Source of the DNA: Eledone cirrhosa | Taxonomy: Eukaryota | Direction: 5' to 3' | Length of the DNA stretch: 64,000 nt | Assembly: GCA_964016885.1 (NCBI GenBank) | Contig: OZ024741.1 | Location: 365,614,001-365,678,000, forward strand | Shown: positions 12,401 to 24,988 of the stretch, piece after piece | Layout of the letters: the number at the start of each line of letters is the position of its first letter | Numbering within the stretch: position 1 is the stretch's first letter | Program-made: the position numbers and the translations under genes | Notes under the pieces: generated by a model | Told to the model about the DNA's origin: nothing | Database searches by the model: none | The model's input: the letters and a program-made list of their open reading frames with translations, nothing else

Positions 12401-14138
12401 TGGCCGTATCTCTGTTCCAGGTATTATTTATCTCAGTATTCAGATCATTGTCTGCTTCGGGTGGTTCCTCCGTTTTCTCGACCTCTTCACCTTCATTTCC
12501 CACTGGCTCGTTTGCCTGGTATACTCCACCCTCCATCTCCAAGCTAATCGCTCTGCTCAGTTCCTCCAGTTCCAGCTCGCTTATCCACCCATTAGTTCTT
12601 ATTACCCGAGCCTGCCCGGCCAATTTTTGTTCATCTAATTTAAATAGACCAATCTCGTTCCAGATGTTATGCATCCGTCTCCTATAGCCCCTCTGCTTGG
12701 GGTTACTTTTCAGGTAACATTGCATAACAGTTCTATTCAATTCTTTCGTCCAGTTGGTTCTGGTCCCTTCCCTTCTTCTTCTTCCTCCGACACCAGCAGT
12801 ATTTGGTTGACAGTCAGGTTGCTGCTGCTGAGCCAGGGAGCACCTGTTGGGTGAGAGTCTGTCACATGACGTTCTAGTCCCCATTTCACCGTTATTCGAA
12901 CTGTTTAGGTTCGATATTTAAACACTCTTATCGAGGATTGGCGAATGTATGGTTACATAGCCATCTGTGGATTCACCGTCTCCGGTGGTTGCCCCGCTCC
13001 ACTTGGCTCTTGTGTGGCATTATCACCACGCTGTAGACGAACACAAATAAACAAACAAACACACAGGCAGAAAAAAAACCCAAAATGAATAAGCATAAGT
13101 TTCATTTTAATATAGTGTTCGAATGTCTGACTTAGTTTTTCCCTTCCTTTCTCTGTCCGTCCGCTTGTTTCTCTCTTCATTCTTATTTTCTTTACGTTTT
13201 TTTTTTTTTTTTTTTTTTTTTCTCTGTTTGTTTTTCTCTTTTTTTGCTGTTGTTGCTGTGCTGCTTTGGTTTTGATGTTTGTTTTTTCTTTTTTCTTTTG
13301 AGTCTATCTATATATTTTGATGCCTTCTTTTTTAGTAGGAATTCTATAATGTGGTGGCAGCAACTAGCAGGAAGCAATGGGAGAGAGAATAGCGGCGGTA
13401 GCGATACTGAGACAGTGGTGGTGGTGATGTCGATACCGAGGCAGTGGTGGTGGTGATGTGGTCGTATTACTGTAGGGATGGTGTTGTAGCGGTGGTAGCA
13501 ATGAAGGAGTGGTGGCAGCGGTAATGGGGTAGTGGTAGTAATGATGGCAGTGGTGGTGGTGATGTGGTCGTATTACTGTAGTGATGGTGTTGTAGCGGTG
13601 GTAGCAATGAAGGACTGATGTCCGTTCGGTGAATCTATGGGGTTAGTCGCGTATATGACCTAAATTCCCTTAATGTTGGGATTAACCATTTTGTTAAAAC
13701 TTGGGACAATAATAATAGTATTTATTATTATCATTATTATGTTGAGATTGGTTGTGGTGGTGGTGAAATTGCCGTTATCTGGCTGTTGTATTTAGTGTAC
13801 ACAGAGAGGTGATGGGGTAGGTGGTGTAACTAGTTTCTGGTGTTGGTGAGATTGGTGTTGTTTGGCTATTCTATATAGTGTAGACAGAGGGGGGGGGGGT
13901 TCTTCTTCCATTTATAGCCATTTTCTTTTTTGAATGTACAATACAAAGTTGAATATTTGAATATTTGAGCCTTATAGCAATATATTTTGGGTCCGAATTT
14001 TTTTGGGGCTCAAGCCGGATGCTTTACGTAGCATTTGTACTAAGAGTTGTTATTTCACAAATGATTTAAATATGTTAAAAATTCAAAACTTACGGGAGCG
14101 ATTTCATGACCTTCTACCACCTCGTGCGTCTTCTTCCC
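9419..14138 (-). mobile_element. Apparently full-length R4/Dong-type element (family A copy 3), ~4.7 kb, ~1.25-kb 5' leader
   Basis: One ORF from ATG 12884 to stop 9493, broken by a frameshift (~12000) and in-frame stops (11110, ~10972, 10486). Runs from (ATT)11 at 14141-14173 to (ATT)n at 9382-9418. Bombyx Dong is the known TAA-repeat-targeting R4-clade element. Confidence 0.88.
9493..12884 (-). pseudogene. Disrupted R4/Dong polyprotein (N-terminal domain, RT, CCHC, RLE)
   Basis: ORFs 12003-12884, 11110-11880, 10486-10968 and 9493-10473 are colinear. KSPGPDG and NYRPITCL motifs are present. The in-frame stops correspond to sense codons in copy 2. Confidence 0.9.
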
Positions 14139-14173
<35 letters not shown>

Positions 14174-14389
14174 GGCGACCTACGTAGGAAATCGTATTAT
14201 CGTAAGCTCCGCAAAGGTTTTTTTATTTTCAGTTGTTTCACATTGCCATTTATGGAAAATTTTTGTTGTTAAGTGTTTATAAGGTCACATATATTGCTTT
14301 CGGAAAAGGACATTCAAAAAGATTGGGGCCTTGAGTTCAAAATTTAAACTTTTTACATTATGAAACAAAACATTTATCTGAAAAAAATC

Positions 14390-16300
14390 ATGGGCGACTC
14401 ACAGCGACACCAGACTGACAGCCTTCCTCACAAACTAACACCTCACACCAACACCACCATTGTAAATATTACTACCTTTGCCAACACTAAAAATATAAGC
14501 AGTAGCAATAATTTAAATTTGTCTCATGCAGACATTTATTTCCCGCCATTACCAAAAACTGCAGGTGTTAAAGCCGCAACCCCCACAACCACCACAGCGA
14601 CAACAGAAACAAAAGAAAAAAATAAATTATTATCTCGTGACATCGAAATGGATTCACCCAGAATCGACTCTTCCACACAGTACCCCACTGACGCCACCAC
14701 CACCACAACTGAAACTAAAAATAACAATAACAAAAATAACAATAACAACAACAGCAACAACAACAATAAGAATAACAACAAAAACATCAACACCACCGCA
14801 AATCTGTCGTTTGCCAAAGCAGCCAAGAAATGCGAAATAATCCAGGTAACTCAGGAGGAATTAAATGAAGCCAAGAGAATGGTAAAGAAAGATGGGTACA
14901 GGGTCAGCCTCACCCCACCCCCACCTAATAAAATCGCGCCGAGTGGAACGGGCATCCGAGTCCCAAATCCAAAAAGCTTTGGGACATGTGTGGGCGGATA
15001 AAACCCACATCAGACGTGGGCTGAAATATCGAACCGTGGACGTGTTCTTTGGAACACCACAGGAGACCAGAGAGCACTCCATGGCCCCATTAAGAAACGA
15101 CGACTTCACACTCGTCCCAAGCTATTGTGACCAGAGAATCGTGAAGATCATGGTGACCCACGTTACACCGGCCATCGAAATTCCTTGGCTAATGGCTGCC
15201 GTCCTCGCCGGCATCGAAGCCAACACCAAGATAATCGAAATAGCGAAAGAAAAGCAGGAGAACTGGTCCGGATCTGGGATGGAGCTCCTGATGCAATCAG
15301 ACCAAAAAAGCATTGAGGAAATCCCTGAGGTAATAGACCTCACTGACGGCAGCCATCTCACCGTAATCGTTGAGGGTAGAAGGCCTAGGTGGGTCGTTTG
15401 TGGTGAAGGAACCAACCTAAAGGCTTTCTGCCCTCAGGCTAAAAAGTTCAGACCACCTCTCTTACCCACCCTAGTGACTCAACCATCAACACCACCAGCA
15501 GCAGAAATGGCAGCAACAACTGTAGCAGCAACTGTAGCAGCAACAAACCCAGCAACAGTAGCAAAACCAACACCACCACCACCCACCGCGCCAGAACTAG
15601 CACCAGCGCCTCCACCATCCACCACGCCACAACCAAAACCAACGCCTGTGGAGGACTTTCCACCCCCGACTTATCGCAACTGGAGACAGATTGTGACGAC
15701 GAGGAATGGGAAACTGTATCAGGATAAAAGAAAAAAAGAAAAAAAATTCCAAAAAGAAAAAAATCCCCTTCCTTCCTCCTCCAAAAACAAAATACAGAGG
15801 GAAAGAAAAAAACTATCAAACAAAAAAGTTAGGCCAGCTAGGCCACCATCCACACCAGCATCACCAACCCTATCACCACAAACACCAACACCATCACCAT
15901 CATTAACCCAACACCACCATCACCTACACCACAAATGTCACCAAAAAGCGAAACAGAAACAAACCCACAACAAACGCAAACAAAAGAAAACAACCAAAAC
16001 GATACGCACTACACAGCATTAAATTTGAACAACAGCCAATTATTACACTACATCCAACACAACACTAGCATCACAGAAAGAGAATACACAACACTCCAAA
16101 AGTTCGCACCACCTCCACACATACAAATCACTTGCATCACACAGAAAACGTACACGACACTAAAACAAAAATTCCCAAAAGACATCGTTGACTTCAGACA
16201 AGCACTCTCCAAGAGGATTTATAAGGACATCATTCCGGAGGAGGCCACAAGTAGTGAAAAGGATGGAGAAACCATCCTTCCTCTACGAGAAGTTAGGTAA
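14390..16300 (+). pseudogene. Tx1-like ORF1 (Asn/Thr-rich N-terminus, degenerate zinc knuckle, Pro- and Lys-rich linker)
   Basis: Overlapping ORFs 14360-15001, 14892-16022 and 15935-16300. EGRRPRWVVCGEGTNLKAFC aligns with EGKRPHCFLCGETTHLRAFC of the minus-strand copy. Confidence 0.8.
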
Positions 16301-16333
16301 GTGGTCTTTCCCACTTTTCCACTCCTTTTCAAC

Positions 16334-18928
16334 ATGACCTCACTCAGAATAGGCAGCATAAATGCGTGTGGCTTGGGGTCGTCATGGAAGCAGGGCCACC
16401 TGCTCAACGACCTCAGGTCACTAAACATAGATGTAGTGGCCATCAGCAAGACCAGAATCTCCGAAGCACGGGCCTTCGTACCGATCTTCGGCGGCTACGA
16501 TGCGTACGCATCTCCCAGCTGTCCTGGATCGGGTGGAGGAGTTGCTGTGCTTTTTCGGAGAGGTTTGGATCTCGCCATACGGGCCATCTTCCTGGACCCA
16601 GAGGGTAAGTTGGTGGTGCTGGACGTGACCAGCGGAGACGGGCAAGCTTTCGGGCTAGTGGCCGTCTATGCCCCGACAGGAGCAGGGCGGCCTGATTTCT
16701 TCCGGCGTCTGGAGACCTTTCTTGGAACGTCCCGCTCTTTAGTGTTAGTGGGCGACTGGAACGGGATCTTAGATGCACGCTGGGACTGTGTTGGATTAGC
16801 GGATAGGGGTGGAGGGTGCAAGAGCCTCACCAACCTGCTCAGGCGTTTTTAACTGTCTGACAGGTACCGATTGGATTTCCCGAATGTGCCAACGTGGACT
16901 TGGACAAATCGCATAGGATCATCCAGATCATATCTAGATAGAGTATTTTGTAGGGAAATAGATAGGTCTAGCCTAGGCTGTCCACAATTCAAGATAGTCA
17001 GCTACACGGACCACAAATTCGTGATCTGTGTGCTTGACTTAGATAGGCTTCATAGACGAGGACCCGGCTACTGGAAGCTAAACGCGTCCTTACCAGCGCG
17101 CAAGGCCTACATAGACCGGATTAGCGAACTAGTTAAGCGGGCGTTGAAGAGGGCCATCGTCAACAACAAGTGGTGGTTTGCTCTGAAAAGAGCGATTAGA
17201 ATAGAATCCATTAGGTTTAGTAAGGCTTTAGCAATAGAGAAAAATAGAGCAGAGGGAGAATTAGTTAGAAAATTAGACGAGGCGCTTAGCAAAGGCATTG
17301 CAACCGACGTGCTTGCGGCGAAATTGGCCCATGACCAATTCTTCAATGCAAAGCACGAAGGCTTCGTTCTCAGAGCTAGGGTGCGTGCTCTCAGACACGA
17401 GGGGACGAAAGCCGTTCAATGGGCCCGAGTGGCGGAGGCGCGTCGTGGCAACAAAGCCACGATCCGGTCTTTGGTGGACCACGACGGACGCATGCTACTC
17501 GATCCCGGGAAAATGTGTGAAGCTTTTCAGCGACACTTCGCCCAGCTGTTCGGGGGCAGCGGTGGGCCGGGTCGAGGGATGGACTTTAGTGTATACCTCG
17601 ACGGACTGCCGCGGCTCTCGGCCACTGAGGCGGAGTGTTGCGAAAAGCCGATAACGGCCGCTGAATTACGGGAGAAAATGACTGGCTGCACAAGGGGTAA
17701 ATCGCCTGGTTTGGATGGTCTGCCCTATGAACTTTACGTACAGATGCCAGTCTTGTTCGGAGGCCTCTTGGCGGACGTCTACTGCAACTGGCAACAGAAC
17801 GGGAGAATTCCCAGCTCTGTGAGCCGAGGAGCGGTGGCACTGCTGAGAAAGGATCCGAACAAGGGGGATAACATAGATAATTTCAGGCCCATAACTCTGC
17901 TAAACACAGGGTTCAAGATTTTGGCCAAGGTGCTAGCAAAGAGGTTGGCGCTTGTCGTTGGTGGTCTGGTGGGAGAGGCGCAGACATGCGCCATTCCCGA
18001 CAGATCCATCCCCGACAACCTCCACCTCATGCGATACATCGTAGAGAGGGTAGCTAGGGAACCTGGCACGGGTAGGTCCTTGATCAATTTAGATCAGTCG
18101 AAATCTTTCGATAGGGTCGACCATCGTTACCTAGCGGCAGTCCTGAGGGAGGCTGGCTTTGGGCCCGTCTTCAGAGGCTGGATCGCTGCCATGCACAGCG
18201 ACATCTGCTCTGTGGTGAGAGTGAACGGTTACCTTTCGGAACCGTTCAACATCATGCGCTCGGTCCGCCAAGGATGTCCCCTCTCGTCCCTCTTGTACGT
18301 ATTGACTCTCGAGCCATTACTGCTCAAACTGGAGACGTCGAGGAGAGTCCCGCGCGAACTGGCATGCGGAAGATCCGTGTCAACATATACAGACGAGGTC
18401 ACCGTAGTGGTGTCGAACAACAAACACATCGAGGCGATCGGCACTACACTAAGAGAATACGAGGCGGTGACAGGAGCAATGATCAACCAGGAAAAGTCGT
18501 TGGGCCTGCAGTTCGGGACCTGGAGAGGCAGGTCCATGCCGTCCAACAGCGTCGTCGGGCGCTGGACGGAGGGACCAGTTAAATTACTAGGGGTCTGGTT
18601 CGGTCCAGACCTCCAGACGGACAAATGCTGGGACGAGGTGACAAACAGGGTGGCTTCTCTCATCCAGAAACGGGCAGAGAGGAAGCTATCCCTGAAAGGA
18701 CGTGCGGAGGTTGCGAATGCGTACATTGCGTCCGTCATCTACTACCGTCTGACCGTCGTGTCTTGTCCTAAACACCGCCTGATTGCGCTAGAAAGATTGC
18801 TCTTTCGTTTTTTTTGGAAGTGACGCGCTCCGATGTTCAGGCGGTCCATCTGCTGTCAACACCCGCTACGTGGAGGGCTGGGCATGCTGTGGCTGATGAT
18901 GTGCAGACACACGCTCAGGCTACGGCAT
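16334..18928 (+). pseudogene. Tx1-like ORF2 (APE + RT) with premature stops at 16850 and 18821
   Basis: ORFs 16301-16852, 16871-18823 and the start of 18833 are in frame and colinear with ORF 27213-29981. Confidence 0.9.
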
Positions 18929-19184
18929 ATATATATATATATATATTGTTCTACTTACCGTTTCGACTTCCTACCCCTCCGCCTCCCCAGTATCTTCTTT
19001 GACCTCACACCCAGCTGTAGCCGGCACTACCAACGCATGAATGGGTCTACTCCACCCCCTCTCCCTTTTTCTCCTACCGGCAGGTTCAGCTACCCCTTCC
19101 CCTACCAATTTGCCATCACATATTTACTACTAACTTGTGATGTGACCAATCCTGGTGATTATCTCTTTGACCATATATGGAATT

Positions 19185-19278
19185 ACCCCTTGATAAGCTC
19201 GGCTATTTAAATACCAGAATAAATGTTCATTCAGTCCAGAATTAGCCGTCGAAACGGCTTGAGCTCAGCCGCCGGGGT
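19185..19278 (+). ncRNA. Type I hammerhead-like motif, U3-A8 core variant (cleavage triplet mutated)
   Basis: ACCCC-TTGATAA-[CGGCTA...TAGCCG stem II]-GAAA-CGGCT-TGAGCTC-AGCCG-CC-GGGGT. The partial copy at 50540-50588 retains GTC. Confidence 0.65.
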
Positions 19279-19369
19279 CTTACTTGTTCCTATTACCCAC
19301 TCTACTACCCTAAGTATTGAGTACTTTGGTGCGTTATGGTCCACCTGGTTCCTTACCACATTTCCTTCG

Positions 19370-19407
<38 letters not shown>

Positions 19408-20003
19408 TTATATGTATATGTATATATATAGTATATGTATATATATATACGTATATGTATATATATATAACATTGCCAGAATTAATAACAGAACACACTC
19501 ACTGTTTGGTTGGTTTTCGCTTCTCGCTTCTGTGTCTTTTATATCGGTAATCTAATATACTCGGTCCTTAATTCTGGCAATATTACACAAATATGACCGT
19601 CCCCAAGTATAACAATATATATATATATACAAAATTAAATTAAGGGTGTCATGTCCGAGAGACATACGCCATAACGACTGTAGAATAAGCTCAAAGATTC
19701 CAATGAATAGACCCGACCATTTTATATCAACTAGAAATTAATTGACACATATATATATATCTAAAATAAACACATGAAACAATTACAGGGGATAATTTGT
19801 AAAGTGTGTAAGCACACACAGCTAGGTAGGTAACTAATTAAAGTTTAACTAGAACTTTTAAAATGATTAATCTTCCTTGTATATATTTCATTAAAGAAAT
19901 TTATTTCGCCATTAATCGGTAGATCACAGTAGTCATCGTACCAGCGTCATCCTAGTGGCGTGAATAGGATTATCGACAGCTAGAAATAGTTAGCTCTACA
20001 ATT

Positions 20004-20085
<82 letters not shown>

Positions 20086-21163
20086 GTATATATATATAAA
20101 TATCCATGTGTATATGTGTGTTTGTGTGTTCATCATTATCTCTCTTTGTCTATCTCTCTTATGTTTTGTTTCTCGTCATTCGAATTGAGTTTACATTCTT
20201 TTTGATCCACAATAGCGAGAATCAATTTAATAATGATTCGTAGCTTAGGCACAAGGCCAACCACTTTATGGTACAGAAGAGTCGATCAAATCCACTCTAG
20301 TACTTGACTGGTACTCTATTTTATTGATCCCAGAAAAATGAAAAGGTAAATTAATCTCAGAGGGATTTGAATGCATAATGTAAACATCCGAAACATATAA
20401 AACCTGGCATTTTCACTAACACTAATATTTCCGCCCACAACCAATCTAGAGATCAAGTGCCTAAAGTAGAAACAATTATAATATCATTTGCTAAATTCAG
20501 TTTTACTTTGTTGATTGTTAAAATTGGTGTTCTGCTCGCCAAATGATGGTAGAAATTGGTTTCGAATTAATCTTTTTTCATTTTTTGTTTTTCATATATA
20601 TGTTGGTATTTTTCATTCTTAGTCGATAAAAGGGGTAACACTGAAGCCATAAATTCAATCGACTGTAAACCTTCTTCAACTAAATTCGGTCTTTTATTTA
20701 TTCGAAATAAATCAATAATCTTATCATATTTTATTTTATTTTATTTGCATTCATTAATTCTACTTTTCGTTCCTCTCAAATTATTTCATGTTTCATTTGA
20801 AATATTTTCTTCCCTGAACGAACAATCAGTCTTCTCATTAATTTAAAAATACAAGAGGGATATTATTCTAACCATTGGATCTAAAGACAGAGTCCTTGAT
20901 TGCTATTTGATTATATGATAAACAAAACGATATTCATTGACATCAGTTGTTATATTTCTTCTAGAGATTGGACAGCAATATTTTAAAACTGAAACAACTT
21001 CGAAAATAATGAAGAGAATAGAATCATTTAATAATTATATTTACATGAAAAATGTATATATAATTTTTAGGTAAGATCATTTCATATTCATTTATAGACT
21101 AAACATACGTACTCTCACTCACATACATACACACACGCAGAGATGTATATATGTATGTGTGTG

Positions 21164-21213
<50 letters not shown>

Positions 21214-21225
21214 TATATATATATA

Positions 21226-21525
21226 TTAAGAGCCCCACTCGGTCACGAATGACCATGGTTTTGCACCTAGAAAGTTTCCCTCCGAGGCACACGCCTGGCA
21301 AGGTTTGTTTTGTATAACAGTCTCCTCTCTCCACGCCACCGATGTTTGTCGAAGGGAAAGGCAATGACCGATGCAGCTTGGCACCTGTGACATCGTTAAT
21401 TTTTACAGCTGAGTTAACTGGAGCAATGTGAAATAAAGTGCCTTGCTCAAGGACACAACGCATTACCCGGTACGAGAATCGAAATCACAACCTCTCAATG
21501 CTCTAACCACTAAGCTATGCGCCTT

Positions 21526-21527
<2 letters not shown>
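21226..21527 (-). mobile_element. tRNA-derived SINE (CORE/V-like central segment)
   Basis: Minus strand GGCGCATAGCTTAGTGGTTAG...TTCGATTC...TGTGTCCTTGAGCAAGGCACTTTATTTCAC. Its 5' part recurs at 38344-38465, its 3' part at 56770-56920, and a decayed copy at ~57500-57630. Confidence 0.8.
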
Positions 21528-21622
<95 letters not shown>

Positions 21623-22599
21623 ATATATATATATTACATGTATATATATGTATTGCATCAATAAGCACATTGACCGATTGAAAATTACCAAATAATCGGC
21701 CTTCCCTTATAGGTCGACAATGATTAATCGACTGCCGATTATCTATAATGTAAATATGCATTATGATAGGAAAAGGCATATGATTAATTGTAAGTAATAT
21801 ATTATATTATTTCATATTTAGTCACAATTATAACGTTTGAAAAATATCATATCAAAATTAGACCAATTTTACTGTAGTTTCTAAGTTTTATTGCCATTGA
21901 ACTGAGTCATTTAACAACGCAAACTTCTGTATACAAAGCGTCTAACATCCTGTACCTACACGTAGGTTTCAGTTTTCCTTAATTAATGTTTGACCGTGAC
22001 ACCAACATTTGTCTGAGTAGTTATATTGACAGACATCGAGAAGTAACACAACACTACAATAAACCAAACGTATATACATGGTAAGGGTTTTAACGTATTT
22101 ATTGTTACCTATCTAAATTTAACCAGTTCATTCTCTTGGACTCATAAGTCATAATACCATAGATAACTGAGATAACTAGTTGGTATTGTGGATCCAGTTA
22201 AGTTTGATCTCAATTACTATTGTGATTACTAGACTGATTATAAAGAAAGGTGTTGATTAGCCGTAATGTTTTCGCTTTACGCAGCTCATTCGTTACATAG
22301 TTTAGTTTGCATCGTTGAAGTTTCCCATCAGGATGTAAGACTCAGTCCTAACTACATCTAAAGCTGCAGTAACTTCATCAAGGAAGGATCCACAAACATA
22401 TCCTACATTTCAGCCTAAGCTTTAAGAGACAAATCCTCTTTCCTAATGGGTTCCACTCTATAACACATAACACATAGAAGTGATTTTAACAATTTTACGA
22501 TAAATTGAATAGGGTAAACAATAAAGCAATTAAGTAACGCTAATCTCCTTTGGCTTAAATGGCCGATTATCAAAATCAATTAATCATCCTTCACACGGG

Positions 22600-23885
22600 T
22601 TAACAATGGAGGTCCGCGAGCCTTAGGTAGAGGGGCCTATTCGAAAAATGATTGCGGTCTCAATTTCATGCTGCAAAAGCTGACTATGAGCATGTGACCT
22701 GACCTGTACTTCGAGGCGTGGGATGGGGCGTACAAGGATTGCGTATCCCGAGACCCCAACGAGGGTTTCGAAGGGATCAAACCTTGAAAATTGTAACCTG
22801 AAAGATCATAACCCTTACAGGTAAAGAGCAGAAACTAGTGGAGGAGGCTAGATGCTACCGGCTAGATTTAAACGGTGTTTCCTCAACAAAGTTCCGTTGT
22901 TATGATGCTGTAGATTTGGATGGAGGATGGAAATTCTACAATTCAGGTGTGGTGCTGGAAATCACTGCACAGGCGGGTGTGGGGATACTCACAAACCCCC
23001 GACTGTCAGAATGTGTAATGTATTGGTATCCGTTAGGAGGGGGAATTAGCTTAGACTGGAGATTGTTTAGCTCAGCAGTTTCTGCTGTGGCTCCCGATGG
23101 CATAAGGACCCCTTTGTTCCAACAGTTCAAAGACGCCATCCGAGCAAAGAAGGAGGCCTATAAATCTTGGCTTGGAAATAAGTTCATCTTCTTGCACTAG
23201 TGGTACAAGCAGACACGGAAAATCGCAGCAGAGACAATAAAGGCGTCCAGAGATATGACATGATGGGACTTTGGCGTTTGGCTGGAAAACGACATCAAAT
23301 CACAGAGGAATGTCCTTGTTAAGCTTCCCCGGTAAAGTATATGCTAAATTTCTGGCAAAGAGATGCAGGGAGATTGTCAATTCCACGCCAACTAATGAAC
23401 AGTGCGATCTTCGCCCCGAACGCAGCAGAGCCGACCAAATATTTTCCCTGCGACAGCTTTTAGACGAATCGTGGGAATATTGCCAAAGGGTATTATCTTG
23501 TCTTGTAGAATTCGAAAAGGCATATAACCACATTCCTCGGTATCTGCTGTTGAAGGTTCTCCAGCAGTATGAGATCGATATCGATGGTCAACTTCTTGTT
23601 GCTCTGATGTCTTTAAACGAATGCTCGAGTATTTGAGTTCGGATAAATGATGCAAAATTGAAACCATTCAATGTGGGAGTCAGATTGTACCAAGGGAGCG
23701 TACTGCAACCTCTGCTGTTCATTAGCTTCATAAACAGTATTGACATGCGCAGTCGGGTTGGACGTGGTATAACGACTGGCAGGTGTCTAATGAGTCGGCT
23801 GGAATTTGCAGTTGACACGGTGTTAATTAATTCATCCGAAGGTGATCTCTGACGTGCACTTGATAGGTTTAAAGCCGAGTACTGC
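22600..23885 (+). mobile_element. Decayed, internally deleted RTE-clade LINE (APE and RT fragments)
   Basis: AQAGVGILTNPRL (APE); NHRGMSLLSFPGKVYAK, DQIFSLRQLL, EFEKAYNHIPR, GVRLYQGSVLQPLLF (RT). Confidence 0.8.
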
Positions 23886-24814
23886 ATGTGTGTGTGTGTA
23901 TGTGAATACACATATATTAGTTATAATTACAAATAAGAAACAAGGTTGGTCATCTGTAAGCCCGACAATGCATATTTGGTAAAAATGCCAAATAATTAGA
24001 AGATAAAAAGAACACAGAGTGAGAACGAGGGTGAGTTACCATGGCAGTTTTTAATAATCCCAAATATATTCGGATTTACCATCCATTATCTAGAGGCGCC
24101 CTTAGCGGTGACGTCAGAGAGAAACCTGAGAAATGTCGTGGGTGGCTGTTGGATTTATTTCTATTTTAAAATATTGTCATTTATATTTAAATATTCGAAC
24201 ATGCTATAAAGGATCTGTATGTTACTATCTTAATAATGGAATAAACCTATTTTTATTAGATCCTTCAAATTTATTTATTACTTAACCGAAATAATGTTTA
24301 TTGCATTAGAAATAAGGTCACAAAAAGATTAAAAGCACTACAAATTATGTGTAATTTGAACAGAGTAAAACAGGGATCTACAAAAATCTTACGGAAGCTA
24401 CTACCCTGCAACGGATATAGATAAAACACACCTACCAAATATACATTGAAAAGTATCTTTTAAATTGGAAAAAAATATAACACCAATGACGCTAGAAATA
24501 TACGTAAAAAGAATCAAAGGGAAACATATTTGTCTAATAAGGAATCATGTAAAAACAAAACCATTAGTAAGGAAGCAATAGCGTAGAATATAGGAACTTC
24601 ACAGAGAAAAAGGTATAGATAAACAAAGCAACATTTTTTATATGAAGAGCAAAACCGAAAAAGAACTGCAACATATAGTAAACGTAAATGGAAATAAAAA
24701 TCAAACCATGAGCAATATTTCATGAAATTCAATACACACACAAACACACACATACACACACAGGGATATATACACAAACACATGAAAATGTACACATATA
24801 ATATATGTATATAC

Positions 24815-24877
<63 letters not shown>

Positions 24878-24988
24878 AGAATTAGTATATCTACCAACGT
24901 ATATATACAGATGCATACCTATGGTAGCAAATATATAGGTTTTGTCTTAGTAACTTTGTGGTTCAATGCAAGGGGATGCAGAACAATT

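Larger units (their letters stand above)
14174..18928 (+). mobile_element. Tx1/L1-clade LINE, 5'-intact, 3'-truncated, inactive
   Basis: 5' UTR starts right after (ATT)11. ORF1 14390-16300 is frameshifted. ORF2 has APE (SINACGL, VYAP, GDWN, YLDR, YTDH) and RT (KSPGLDG, NFRPITLLN, VRQGCPLS; YADD changed to YTDE). Ends abruptly at a (TA)n tract. Confidence 0.92.

Noticed and set aside
7480-12854. Plus-strand ORFs overlapping the Dong elements, and antisense ORFs over Tx1, PLE and CR1
   Set aside because: Antisense shadows of the real coding frames, repeated only because the elements are repeated.
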